A stretch of DNA of 35,368 nt from a virus. The notes beneath the pieces were generated by a model. It did not search any database, was not told the origin of the DNA, and worked only from the letters and a program-made list of their open reading frames with translations. Below are positions 1 to 7,740 of this stretch, one piece after another (the first letter of the stretch is position 1; each line of letters begins with the position of its first letter). Made by a program: the position numbers and the translations under genes. The DNA lies in IMG/VR virus record IMGVR_UViG_3300035038_000021, positions 1 through 35,368 of that record; one strand, 5' to 3'.

Positions 1-81
1 GACCATTACAGAAGGTTCTACGATCTCACCTGTAAATATGTCCCTGGAAATTACTTCACTTTGGCAGCGTGTATCTTCCAT
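1..81 (-). CDS. Hypothetical protein, truncated by the contig edge (MEDTRCQSEV...)
   Basis: ATG at 81 lies 2 nt after the boundary repeat carrying GGAGAGG; the frame is open to position 1. Confidence 0.35.
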   Translation of the reverse strand, partial: MEDTRCQSEVISRDIFTGEIVEPSVMV

Positions 82-83
82 GG

Positions 84-106
84 TTATGTCCTCTCCTTGT
101 CGGAAT
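84..106 (-). repeat. Gene-boundary repeat A (ATTCCGACAAGGAGAGGACATAA)
   Basis: 23-nt exact copy at 237-259; encodes SDKERT-stop plus an RBS. Confidence 0.9.
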
Positions 107-236
107 TCGCAATACATGTATAACAATCTGGAACAGGGGGGGTTGCCGGATGGACTTCAGAACAATTGATTAATATTCTGCGTTTCTCTTTTAGGCCTAC
201 ATCTTGAGGGCTATCAACTTCTACCAGTATCCACAT
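84..236 (-). CDS. Hypothetical protein, 50 aa (MWILVEVD...NSDKERT)
   Basis: Translated by hand; ATG directly follows the upstream TAA, and the stop lies within the boundary repeat. Confidence 0.5.
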   Translation of the reverse strand: MWILVEVDSPQDVGLKEKRRILINCSEVHPATPPVPDCYTCIANSDKERT

Positions 237-259
237 TTATGTCCTCTCCTTGTCGGAAT
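237..259 (-). repeat. Gene-boundary repeat B
   Basis: Identical to 84-106. Confidence 0.9.
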
Positions 260-485
260 CTGAACTCAGAAAAACATCTGCAAAAATATCTAGGAACGTC
301 TGTGTTTTGATTCCGTACCTTTCACAAACTGCTGCTATTTTTTTGTAATCCTTTGCTCCCTTGTATTTTGAAGATTCAACTTGGTCTATTGTAGTGTTCA
401 GCATGTCTCGCAAGTCATATAATCCCTGTACATCTTCATCAGAGGGGTTCATCAATATTGGGTATTCAAGTTCTTTCATACTCAT
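237..485 (-). CDS. Hypothetical protein, 82 aa (start refined to MSMKELE)
   Basis: AGGAGG RBS 8 nt upstream of ATG 485; ATGA overlap with the upstream gene. Confidence 0.65.
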   Translation of the reverse strand: MSMKELEYPILMNPSDEDVQGLYDLRDMLNTTIDQVESSKYKGAKDYKKIAAVCERYGIKTQTFLDIFADVFLSSDSDKERT

Positions 486-607
486 TCTGTTGTCCTCCTT
501 ATCCATTTCAAATAATATTCTTTCTCAATTTTCAGGTCCTCTAATCTCCGTACAGCTCCCGAAACTCCCACATATCGGTTACATTTGCCACATCTGTTGC
601 ACATTTG
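481..607. repeat. 127-nt exact repeat, copy 1
   Basis: Identical to 35242-35368; the flanking bases differ (480 A vs 35241 G). The length equals a common maximal assembler k-mer. Confidence 0.95.
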
Positions 608-667
608 CATACCTCCCCGAATGGGAAGGTAATCATGCCCCGCAACAAAACATATCATGCGTTTCAT
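482..667 (-). CDS. Small Cys/His zinc-binding protein (DUF1660-like prophage protein)
   Basis: C-x4-H...CxxC pattern (CFVAGH...CNRC); ATGA coupling on both sides. Confidence 0.55.
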   Translation of the reverse strand: MKRMICFVAGHDYLPIRGGMQMCNRCGKCNRYVGVSGAVRRLEDLKIEKEYYLKWIRRTTE

Positions 668-957
668 GTTGTTCTCTCTATGATGTATCCAGAGTCATTT
701 TCATAACCAAATTCATCAATTGCATCGTTCCAACAAGCAATTGCCATATATGTGGTCCCATAATCTATATCTCCCCACACGTCTTCATAGCGATACCCAG
801 GATGGCATTTTGTGGGATCATACCCGCATTCCATACACTCAACATATATATCACAACAGTCTACACCGGAACGGATTGATTGTACATCAAAAACCGTGCT
901 ATTTCCACAACTGGGGCACGGACGTGCATATTTTTTATTTTTCAATATTGCTTTCAT
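664..957 (-). CDS. Lar-like restriction alleviation protein (Zn ribbon)
   Basis: PCPSCG...YVECMECG...AIACWN matches the Lar family pattern. Confidence 0.6.
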   Translation of the reverse strand: MKAILKNKKYARPCPSCGNSTVFDVQSIRSGVDCCDIYVECMECGYDPTKCHPGYRYEDVWGDIDYGTTYMAIACWNDAIDEFGYENDSGYIIERTT

Positions 958-973
958 TCCTCTGTCCTACCTT

Positions 974-991
974 TGTCCTTTATTTGTCGGA
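974..991 (-). repeat. Gene-boundary repeat C (TCCGACAAATAAAGGACA)
   Basis: 18-nt exact copy at 1866-1883; begins immediately after the MTase stop codon. Confidence 0.9.
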
Positions 992-1858
992 TTAGGTTAG
1001 TCTTTCAGCAATACTTCGTATGACTGAAACAGTTACAGCATTTCCCAAACACCTATATCGTGCAGTGTCACTTACTCCTGCTGTCCAGTTATCTGGGAAT
1101 CCCTGTAATCTTTCACACTCTATAGGAGTTAGTCTCCGGATATTTTCTTTCTCCGGTATTATTGTCATATCAGAATGAAGGCCACCGGAATGACCTCCTC
1201 CTGTAAGACAACGTGCAACATCTGGTACAAAAACATATGAACCGTTCCATGCTGCATATCCTCTTTTTGTTAAGGTTCGTGCAATGTCGTGTACTTGCCT
1301 TGTTTTTTGATTACATGTTTTTTCATTTTGTCTGATAGGAAATACTTGTCTTCCACCTGATCCTCTAAGATGTCCGACAATGAACACCCTCTCCCTATTT
1401 TGTGGGACTCCAAAGTATTTGCTGTTAAGAACCTGCCATTCGACATCATACCCCAATTCATCCAGGACAACGAGTATTTTTCCGAATGTCCTTCCATTGT
1501 CATGTGAGAGCAAGCCTTTAACATTTTCGAGGAATAATGTTTTAGGTCTTTTCGCTTCACACACCCGGGCAATCTCATAAAAGAGCGTGCCTCGTGTGTC
1601 TTTGAATCCTCCTCGTTTCCCTGCGAGTGAGAAGGGCTGGCATGGAAATCCTCCAACGAGCATATCAATGTCGGGGATTTGTTCCGCTTCGATGTTTTTA
1701 ATGTCTCCATATAATGTTTCACTCCCGAAATGGTTCTGATAGATTGTTCTGGCTGCTTTGTCTATTTCCGATGCAAATACTATTTCAGAAGAAGGGATTG
1801 CTTGTTTAATACCCAGATCAAACCCCCCTATCCCTGCAAAAAGTGACGCAATCCTCAT
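992..1858 (-). CDS. DNA cytosine-5 methyltransferase (solitary)
   Basis: Motifs I FAGIGG, IV GFPCQPFS, VI ENV, VIII QNRER and X GNAV; no cognate endonuclease adjacent. Confidence 0.95.
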   Translation of the reverse strand: MRIASLFAGIGGFDLGIKQAIPSSEIVFASEIDKAARTIYQNHFGSETLYGDIKNIEAEQIPDIDMLVGGFPCQPFSLAGKRGGFKDTRGTLFYEIARVCEAKRPKTLFLENVKGLLSHDNGRTFGKILVVLDELGYDVEWQVLNSKYFGVPQNRERVFIVGHLRGSGGRQVFPIRQNEKTCNQKTRQVHDIARTLTKRGYAAWNGSYVFVPDVARCLTGGGHSGGLHSDMTIIPEKENIRRLTPIECERLQGFPDNWTAGVSDTARYRCLGNAVTVSVIRSIAERLT

Positions 1859-1865
1859 GATAATC

Positions 1866-1883
1866 TGTCCTTTATTTGTCGGA
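1866..1883 (-). repeat. Gene-boundary repeat D
   Basis: Identical to 974-991; ends 7 nt upstream of the MTase ATG. Confidence 0.9.
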
Positions 1884-1888
1884 ATCTG

Positions 1889-2788
1889 TTATGCTACACA
1901 TCTGGAATAATCTGCAATGTCACAACTCCAGAATGCCCACTTGCGATTAGCCCATCTTTGCAGTTCCTTTATTCGTTTGCTTTTCTTATGATCCACGTTG
2001 AACATCACAAATGGATTGCAGTTCATTTTCTTGAGTTCTCTGCACCTATACACTCCTGTATTGTATTCCTGATCCGAATCAACATAGACATAGAATTGTA
2101 CCAGGGATTTTAGTTTTGATTTGCTGAAACCTGCCTGCTCCAATACTGCTATCTTCTCTTTGATTGTTTTCTCATCTCCTATATGATCCCATGCAAAGAA
2201 TATTGATTTCCAAATCCTCATTTTGAGCAATTGTTCTGCTATTTCAACATCAGTCAATCTAATATCTAATCCCTGTGTGAACCAGACGTTAAGTTTTTGT
2301 TCGATACACCAATCAGTGATTTCAAAGAACCATTCACGATCACCGAGGATATTATTATCCAGGAACATAATTTTATCAAATTCTGGATTGTGCCACTCTT
2401 TTGGGTGTTGCGTTCTTCTCAACTTCCCTTCCTTTCCAGGAACAATGCAAAAATGACACTTTCGGAAACAACCTCTTGTAGCAAATCCTATTGAGTAATC
2501 AATATCAGGATATAGACTATAGTCTGGTTTCATGTTCTCAATTTCATCAGGCAACTTCTTTGAAAGATCATAACCAGATCCCCCAATATCTATTTCTGCG
2601 TTCGGATAAAAGAATTTAAGGCCATCTACATGATGCTTATTTTTCCTGAATATCACAGATGCATAGATTTTGTCAGGATCAGATATACAGAACCCTACAT
2701 CGTGTCCTTTTTCTTTGTAGTATGCAGACAGTTTCATTAATGCCAGATTGGGAATTTTACTGTCCACATCTATAAGCAAGATCTTCAT
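1889..2788 (-). CDS. Radical SAM protein with short N-terminal cobalamin-binding-like segment
   Basis: CxxxCxxC (CFRKCHFC), MFLDNN, and N-terminal PNLALMKLSAY...GHDV. Confidence 0.85.
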   Translation of the reverse strand: MKILLIDVDSKIPNLALMKLSAYYKEKGHDVGFCISDPDKIYASVIFRKNKHHVDGLKFFYPNAEIDIGGSGYDLSKKLPDEIENMKPDYSLYPDIDYSIGFATRGCFRKCHFCIVPGKEGKLRRTQHPKEWHNPEFDKIMFLDNNILGDREWFFEITDWCIEQKLNVWFTQGLDIRLTDVEIAEQLLKMRIWKSIFFAWDHIGDEKTIKEKIAVLEQAGFSKSKLKSLVQFYVYVDSDQEYNTGVYRCRELKKMNCNPFVMFNVDHKKSKRIKELQRWANRKWAFWSCDIADYSRCVA

Positions 2789-3006
2789 TTTTCCACTCTC
2801 CTGTACACGTATGTGTTGCCAATTCTGCGTCTGTCCAGTTTGCCCTTGTCAAGCAAATCTAACAGATAGTTGCGGGCCACAGATTGAGTAACATCAAACC
2901 TTTGAGAAATATCTCGCGTGGTTTGATAGCCGTCATCTACGGCCTGCAGTACCTCTTCATCTGTCGCCCTTCTGACAATTCTTCCTGTATTTTTATCTCG
3001 AATCAT
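2785..3006 (-). CDS. Winged helix-turn-helix DNA-binding protein, 73 aa (start refined)
   Basis: TTRDISQRFDVTQSVARNYLLDLLDKGKL followed by a beta-wing; GGAGAG RBS before ATG 3006; divergent from the early plus-strand block. Confidence 0.7.
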   Translation of the reverse strand: MIRDKNTGRIVRRATDEEVLQAVDDGYQTTRDISQRFDVTQSVARNYLLDLLDKGKLDRRRIGNTYVYRRVEK

Positions 3007-3117
3007 AATTACCACTCTCCATTTATGCCTGCAACATATATATACCTTATTCCTATTACCAATATTGGAAGTAAGCATAAGGTATATATAATATGCAATC
3101 ATACACAGTAGTATCGA
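3007..3117. promoter_or_regulatory. Divergent promoter region
   Basis: AT-rich gap between divergent genes with two TATATATA tracts. Confidence 0.5.
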
Positions 3118-3369
3118 GTGATGAAGATGAGCAACAAATACACAAATCCAAACCAAGACTACATGGAAAGCAGGCCAGATGGATCTTTTCTAATCTGGGA
3201 AAACGAACCATTGATGGATGCGCTTCTGTATAGTTTTCCAGGAAAATACACTCCTATGACGGAGGAAGCAAAACTACAGCATGATGCTATTGTGTTGTGG
3301 GAACGGGAATGCGACAACCAAATACCAGACCCGACTTATGAATTGTCTCCAATATCAATGGAGGCTTAA
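3118..3369 (+). CDS. Hypothetical protein
   Basis: First ORF of the plus-strand block; no recognisable motif. Confidence 0.55.
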   Translation: MMKMSNKYTNPNQDYMESRPDGSFLIWENEPLMDALLYSFPGKYTPMTEEAKLQHDAIVLWERECDNQIPDPTYELSPISMEA

Positions 3370-3378
3370 TTTCTTTTT

Positions 3379-3481
3379 GCCGGAGTTGGGAACATGTGCA
3401 TACTCCATTCTATCATTTCCTGTTGGACTCCCTCCAATCAAACACTCCTGCACATTGTGGGTTCAACTCCCGCATCCGGCG
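3379..3481 (+). ncRNA. tRNA-like element (acceptor stem and T-arm, no canonical D or anticodon arm)
   Basis: GCCGGA (3379-3384) pairs with TCCGGC (3475-3480); T-arm GTGGG-TTCAACT-CCCGC (3457-3473); internal stem ATGTGCA/TGCACAT; intergenic. Confidence 0.45.
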
Positions 3482-3533
3482 TAACCTGCATCAATCCAGT
3501 TGGTGTAGGGATATTATCTAAGGAATGATATGT

Positions 3534-3902
3534 ATGGAAAAATTAAAACAAGAAGAATATTTCGAAATGAAAATGTCTGCGATTCGGAGCCTACAGGCGA
3601 AACTTGCTGACGCATGTGCAGACATCGACAAACAGATAGAAGAACTTATGCAGCGGCGCAAGGAAATTGCAAGTCCAATTGAAGATAAAATAGCATACGA
3701 AGAAGAGCAACTCAAAAAAACCGCACTCGGCTACTCTCACTCCTACAAAGGTGAACTGGGGGAGATCAAATACAGGAAGGGCTACGAAAGGAAATCCTGG
3801 GATACAAAGAAACTCGAAGGCTACGCAGCAGACCATCCTGAAATTATGCATTTCCAGAAGATCACGCAGGTTTCCCCAAATGTTTCTATCAAAATATACT
3901 AA
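3534..3902 (+). CDS. Coiled-coil protein, Gam/Gp157-like
   Basis: Long N-terminal coiled coil followed by GEIKYRK...SWD; directly upstream of Bet; start moved to the ATG with an AAGGA RBS. Confidence 0.45.
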   Translation: MEKLKQEEYFEMKMSAIRSLQAKLADACADIDKQIEELMQRRKEIASPIEDKIAYEEEQLKKTALGYSHSYKGELGEIKYRKGYERKSWDTKKLEGYAADHPEIMHFQKITQVSPNVSIKIY

Positions 3903-3914
3903 GGACTGATACAC

Positions 3915-4664
3915 ATGTCAGAAGAAATCGAAAAATTAACACAAGACCAGAGGTTACAAGTCATGAACCTCATGGAACAAGAAGAGATATCCAAGGACAA
4001 GGCCATTGCTCGTGTCGTAGGTGAGCCGTACACTCCTGATATGGAGACTATCGATGTAAGCCAGCCGGCAGAAGAACCAGAACCAAAGCAGGGAAGTAAT
4101 ACAGAGGTTGCAATACAACAAAACAACCAGATACTACCGGAAAGGCAGGTATCAGAAATCACAATGGGAGATATCAAGGACTATATTTGCCCACAGGCCA
4201 CAGAAAAGGAAGCGTACATGTTCCTCAAACTGTGCCAGGCAAGGAATCTTAACCCATTCACAAAAGAAGCATACCTCCTGAAATATGGTGGCAAAGATGC
4301 GACTATGGTTGTGGGAAAGGATGCATTCACCAGACGTGCCGAAGAACATCCACAGTTCGATGGATTTCAGGCAGGAATTATAGTTGTGAACAATCCTTCA
4401 GGCGACATAGAGAGACGTGAGGGAACTTTCACATTACAAGATGAGGTAATAGTAGGAGGATGGTCTAAAGTCTACAGGAAAGACCGCTCTGTGCCTTATG
4501 TGAATGAAGTATCAATGCATGAGTATGATACAGGCAAATCCTCATGGGCAAAGATGCCAGCGACAATGATACGAAAGGTTGCACTTGTCCAGTCTTTGAG
4601 AGAGGCATTCCCCAGTGAACTTGGAGGATGCTACGATTCCAGCGAAAGGGGCGTGGAGTTGTGA
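3915..4664 (+). CDS. bet: Single-strand annealing recombinase, Bet/RecT family
   Basis: FLKLCQARNLNPFTKEAYLLKY, GKDAFTRRA and W...PATMIRKVALVQSLREAF. Confidence 0.9.
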   Translation: MSEEIEKLTQDQRLQVMNLMEQEEISKDKAIARVVGEPYTPDMETIDVSQPAEEPEPKQGSNTEVAIQQNNQILPERQVSEITMGDIKDYICPQATEKEAYMFLKLCQARNLNPFTKEAYLLKYGGKDATMVVGKDAFTRRAEEHPQFDGFQAGIIVVNNPSGDIERREGTFTLQDEVIVGGWSKVYRKDRSVPYVNEVSMHEYDTGKSSWAKMPATMIRKVALVQSLREAFPSELGGCYDSSERGVEL

Positions 4665-4882
4665 GGATCACAATAAAAGAGGATTCCGAAATCCTCCCTC
4701 TTTCAGTTTTCAATATTAAAGACTGGTTCTGCGAGAAAGAGGAAATCAAAACCAGGGAAGCAACTATCGAACACGAAACCGAGAAAGCATACCTGTTCAA
4801 TGTCGGCGAAGAACAGCAATGGATTCCAAAATCAGTATGTAAAGAAGTGAAAACAGAAACGGCAAATCTGGCACAATTCTAA
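4661..4882 (+). CDS. Small beta-rich hypothetical protein (GTG start)
   Basis: GTGA overlap with the bet stop; ETEKAYL...WIPKS motif. Confidence 0.6.
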   Translation: MRITIKEDSEILPLSVFNIKDWFCEKEEIKTREATIEHETEKAYLFNVGEEQQWIPKSVCKEVKTETANLAQF

Positions 4883-4893
4883 GGAGGCACACA

Positions 4894-5121
4894 ATGGCAA
4901 AACAAGAGAACGTATTCTACGTGAATGACAGCACCGATCCAGAAATACCTGCATCGAAACTCTACAGCACTCCGTCAATGGAGTCAGTACTCGGTGAATC
5001 TTACTCCTTCAATACGGACAACGGACTGGTTGAACTTATCGGGCTTGGAGTAATTGAATATACCGACACTTCCCGATTAGTAGAGGAAGCAAACGCCCGC
5101 ATGTTGAGGCTTGGTATCTAA
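4894..5121 (+). CDS. Hypothetical protein
   Basis: AGGAGG RBS; in operon. Confidence 0.65.
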   Translation: MAKQENVFYVNDSTDPEIPASKLYSTPSMESVLGESYSFNTDNGLVELIGLGVIEYTDTSRLVEEANARMLRLGI

Positions 5122-5297
5122 TGTCAGACTCAGACAATATCGAAGGGCTTTGTGATTGTATCTGCCGACAGGTTGCAGAAATCAAAGTAAACGTGCAAGA
5201 CATATCCCGAACTGATGAAATAAGAATATGTCAAGCACAAGAAATACTTGCTGAAGTAGTGGGCGAAGTATCTCCAATTACATGGAGTGATGACTGA
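5121..5297 (+). CDS. Hypothetical protein, 58 aa (not in ORF track)
   Basis: Translated by hand; TAATG and TGATG 1-nt overlaps at both ends. Confidence 0.6.
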   Translation: MSDSDNIEGLCDCICRQVAEIKVNVQDISRTDEIRICQAQEILAEVVGEVSPITWSDD

Positions 5298-5572
5298 TGG
5301 GAGATAAAAAGGAGAAACAACCCCGGCACCCATTTTTAGAAGTTAATGGGTTTGCGTGCTATGCTGACTCAATGTCATACACACTCAATCATCCCAATGG
5401 TAGAACCACATATTACAACTCAATTGAAAACATGTTCAAAAGCCTTGATGCAGCAATACTTCGTGACAAACTTCGCAACCCTTCTAATGAAACCAGCGTT
5501 TCGGCATTAGTAGATACTATCAGAAAGCACAATGCTGAAATGCAAGAAATATTGGGAGGTTTGAAGGTATGA
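5297..5572 (+). CDS. Hypothetical protein
   Basis: Coupled overlaps at both ends. Confidence 0.65.
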   Translation: MGDKKEKQPRHPFLEVNGFACYADSMSYTLNHPNGRTTYYNSIENMFKSLDAAILRDKLRNPSNETSVSALVDTIRKHNAEMQEILGGLKV

Positions 5573-5661
5573 GAGCCACAGCCGGAGAACTTCGCAAGAG
5601 AGTGCCAGCATACCGCATTCGCCAGATACGCAACATGCTTACGGTGTATGGGTGGTCGTGA
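5569..5661 (+). CDS. Basic 30-aa peptide (not in ORF track)
   Basis: ATGA and TGATG overlaps exactly fill the gap; GGAGG upstream. Confidence 0.5.
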   Translation: MRATAGELRKRVPAYRIRQIRNMLTVYGWS

Positions 5662-6341
5662 TGGGCAAAACCAAATCCCATTATGAATATGCAGCCGAGA
5701 TAGAGGAACTCTGGAATGCTGGTGAGACTGGAGACAAACTATGGAGAAAGGTTGAGAAATGGGCAGAGAGAGTGCCACTCCACTTTTTTGTAGCATCAAA
5801 TGAGCAGAAACCCTATACTGCCGAGGAATTAGGTTATCCCTGCGAATCCATGCCTCTGAAAAAGGAAACTGGCGTACAGCAGACAGGAGACTATCATTGC
5901 TATCTGCCTGACTATGACTGCCATACCGGTCTAATCTGGGAGAGAAAGGAACTATCCGATTTCTATTCCACCCTGGTACATGGCCGGGACAGGTTCTTCA
6001 GGGAATGTCAGAGAGCCGTGGACAATCCCAGCATCGACTATATGATGATTGGTATTGAGGGCACAAGCGAGAAGTTCATGAAGTACAAGCCTGCAGGAAA
6101 TCCAGGGGCACATCCGGCAGCCAGAGCAGGAATGGTTGAATGCCTACAAGCCCGATTTGATTATAGAATAATCCCCAGATGGCATGGTGGCAGAAAATAT
6201 GCCATAAGGGGATTAATTAAGCAGAATAGATTATGGATAAAATATCATTTCGCAAGTGTACTGAAACTAAAAGGTCATGAAAATGAAGGAGTTATAAGAA
6301 ATGAATACCGCAGCGAAGAGGCATCCATTTCCACCACATAA
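5661..6341 (+). CDS. ERCC4/XPF-family structure-specific nuclease
   Basis: SNEQKPY, TGDY and ERKELSDF...RFFRE match the ERCC4 catalytic motifs. Confidence 0.8.
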   Translation: MGKTKSHYEYAAEIEELWNAGETGDKLWRKVEKWAERVPLHFFVASNEQKPYTAEELGYPCESMPLKKETGVQQTGDYHCYLPDYDCHTGLIWERKELSDFYSTLVHGRDRFFRECQRAVDNPSIDYMMIGIEGTSEKFMKYKPAGNPGAHPAARAGMVECLQARFDYRIIPRWHGGRKYAIRGLIKQNRLWIKYHFASVLKLKGHENEGVIRNEYRSEEASISTT

Positions 6342-6552
6342 TACTACACAACGTAGATATATTAATGTATCGGGCTCGGTCTATACAATTTCAGAAGCCG
6401 AGAAAATAACTAATGTCTGTAGAGATCAGATAAGAGTTATGATCCGCCACGGCAAAGTGGACACGGTCACAATACCAGGTGGATGGGAGAGGATTCCTGA
6501 AACCGAAATATGTAAAATCAAAACACAACATAATAAATTTGCCTGCCGCTAA
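6301..6552 (+). CDS. Excisionase/MerR-like HTH DNA-binding protein
   Basis: YTISEAEKITNVCRDQIRVMIRHGKV...GGWERIPETEI. Confidence 0.7.
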   Translation: MNTAAKRHPFPPHNTTQRRYINVSGSVYTISEAEKITNVCRDQIRVMIRHGKVDTVTIPGGWERIPETEICKIKTQHNKFACR

Positions 6553-6958
6553 CCTCGGACATTTTATCGGTTTGCGGCTCGACAAATACTAACTTTCTAT
6601 TTTTTGTGACTGTAATGTTGAGGGCATGGTTGCCGTTTTCTCTATGGATCCACGCAGTACCAAACGCAAGATGGCTATCCCAATCCCTAACATCTCCCTT
6701 TAGGGATTCGGCGAAGTCATCACAGTCATATATTGTTTTTTTGTATTGCTTTTTGTCAATCTGATTCCAGGCAAGGAAATAAGATAGTGAGGGTATATCA
6801 GCAAGTTTGAACCTGCTATCTGCAAGGAATATGTCTGCTTCGGATGTGGAGTATATCTCCAGAAGTCCTCTCAATTCCTTGCTGGTTATCTCTGCTTCTG
6901 CTTCCTGTTGTGGCATGAATGCCGATACCAGCCCATTGATAGCGGATATTAGACTCAT
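6518..6958 (-). CDS. Papain-like cysteine protease (MOA agglutinin C-terminal-like)
   Basis: YDCDDFA...HALN...FVEPQ gives a Cys-His-Glu triad; last gene of the tail operon; start refined to MSLIS. Confidence 0.7.
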   Translation of the reverse strand: MSLISAINGLVSAFMPQQEAEAEITSKELRGLLEIYSTSEADIFLADSRFKLADIPSLSYFLAWNQIDKKQYKKTIYDCDDFAESLKGDVRDWDSHLAFGTAWIHRENGNHALNITVTKNRKLVFVEPQTDKMSEVSGRQIYYVVF

Positions 6959-6959
6959 A

Positions 6960-7736
6960 TTACACCCTCGCAAACCCGATGAAATCTATACTGATAGTAT
7001 TTGTCGTGCCTGTCGCCTTCTCGGCTACTATGCGGATCGTATCACCTACGTCATCGGCTGCTACTGTGATTGTGCCGGATTCGTAGAGTGCATAGTCTGC
7101 GGTTAGCGTCTTTGTGGTGCTGCCTATACTGGTACTGTCGGTCTGATTGTACATTTCCAGTTTCAGGTCATCGGCTACCTGTGCGGTATCCTTTGCCCGA
7201 ACAAAAACCTTGTAATCACCCTCTGGAAGTGCAAAGTCTGATTGCGTGACCTCGGTATATACGTCATCATATTGCGTAGATAGTTGCGTGGCCGTACCAC
7301 CCGAAGCATCGCTGTCAGATACATCCACCTCACCCGTGCCCTGCACATCTTCGGCTTCATAGGCAAGGTCAGATATGGCTCTACCCGATGCCGTGATGGT
7401 TGCGGAAACCGAACTAACCCCTGATTTGATGCGGTTAGTTTTGACGTTTGTAATATTCCCATATACTGCGTCATGCTCACTGCCGAGAACCAGCAATACT
7501 TCAGAATTAATGGCGTTAAGATACTCCAATTTCCTACGTTTTGTCAATTCATCTGTCGTGAGTTTGCCCGTCAGGCTGTATTGCGTAGGCTTGACATACT
7601 TGGGATAGGATTTGATTTGGCCGGTTTGGATTGATGCATATTCAGCCACATCGCTTGCGTGCGCTATCGGAATTTTACGGAGACTGTCTATGAAAACTTC
7701 TACACCTCTACCGTGTATATAATTGAGATATTTCAT
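6960..7736 (-). CDS. Putative tail-tip protein with C-terminal carbohydrate-binding-module-like domain
   Basis: Downstream of the tape measure; beta-rich C-terminus GDYKVFVRA...ISIDFIGF. Confidence 0.5.
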   Translation of the reverse strand: MKYLNYIHGRGVEVFIDSLRKIPIAHASDVAEYASIQTGQIKSYPKYVKPTQYSLTGKLTTDELTKRRKLEYLNAINSEVLLVLGSEHDAVYGNITNVKTNRIKSGVSSVSATITASGRAISDLAYEAEDVQGTGEVDVSDSDASGGTATQLSTQYDDVYTEVTQSDFALPEGDYKVFVRAKDTAQVADDLKLEMYNQTDSTSIGSTTKTLTADYALYESGTITVAADDVGDTIRIVAEKATGTTNTISIDFIGFARV

Positions 7737-7740
7737 ATAA

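Noticed and set aside
84-259. 23-nt direct repeats as a mini CRISPR array
   Set aside because: Only two exact copies, 130 nt apart, with a coding interval and an RBS/stop inside the repeat; no cas genes or leader.
1270-1722. 150-aa alternative-frame ORF inside the C5 MTase as a split beta subunit
   Set aside because: The main ORF already contains motifs I to X, and the inner ORF has no MTase motif.
3379-3481. Functional canonical tRNA, tmRNA or attP
   Set aside because: No D-arm GG or 7-nt anticodon loop, too short for tmRNA (which archaea lack), and no integrase found; kept only as tRNA-like.
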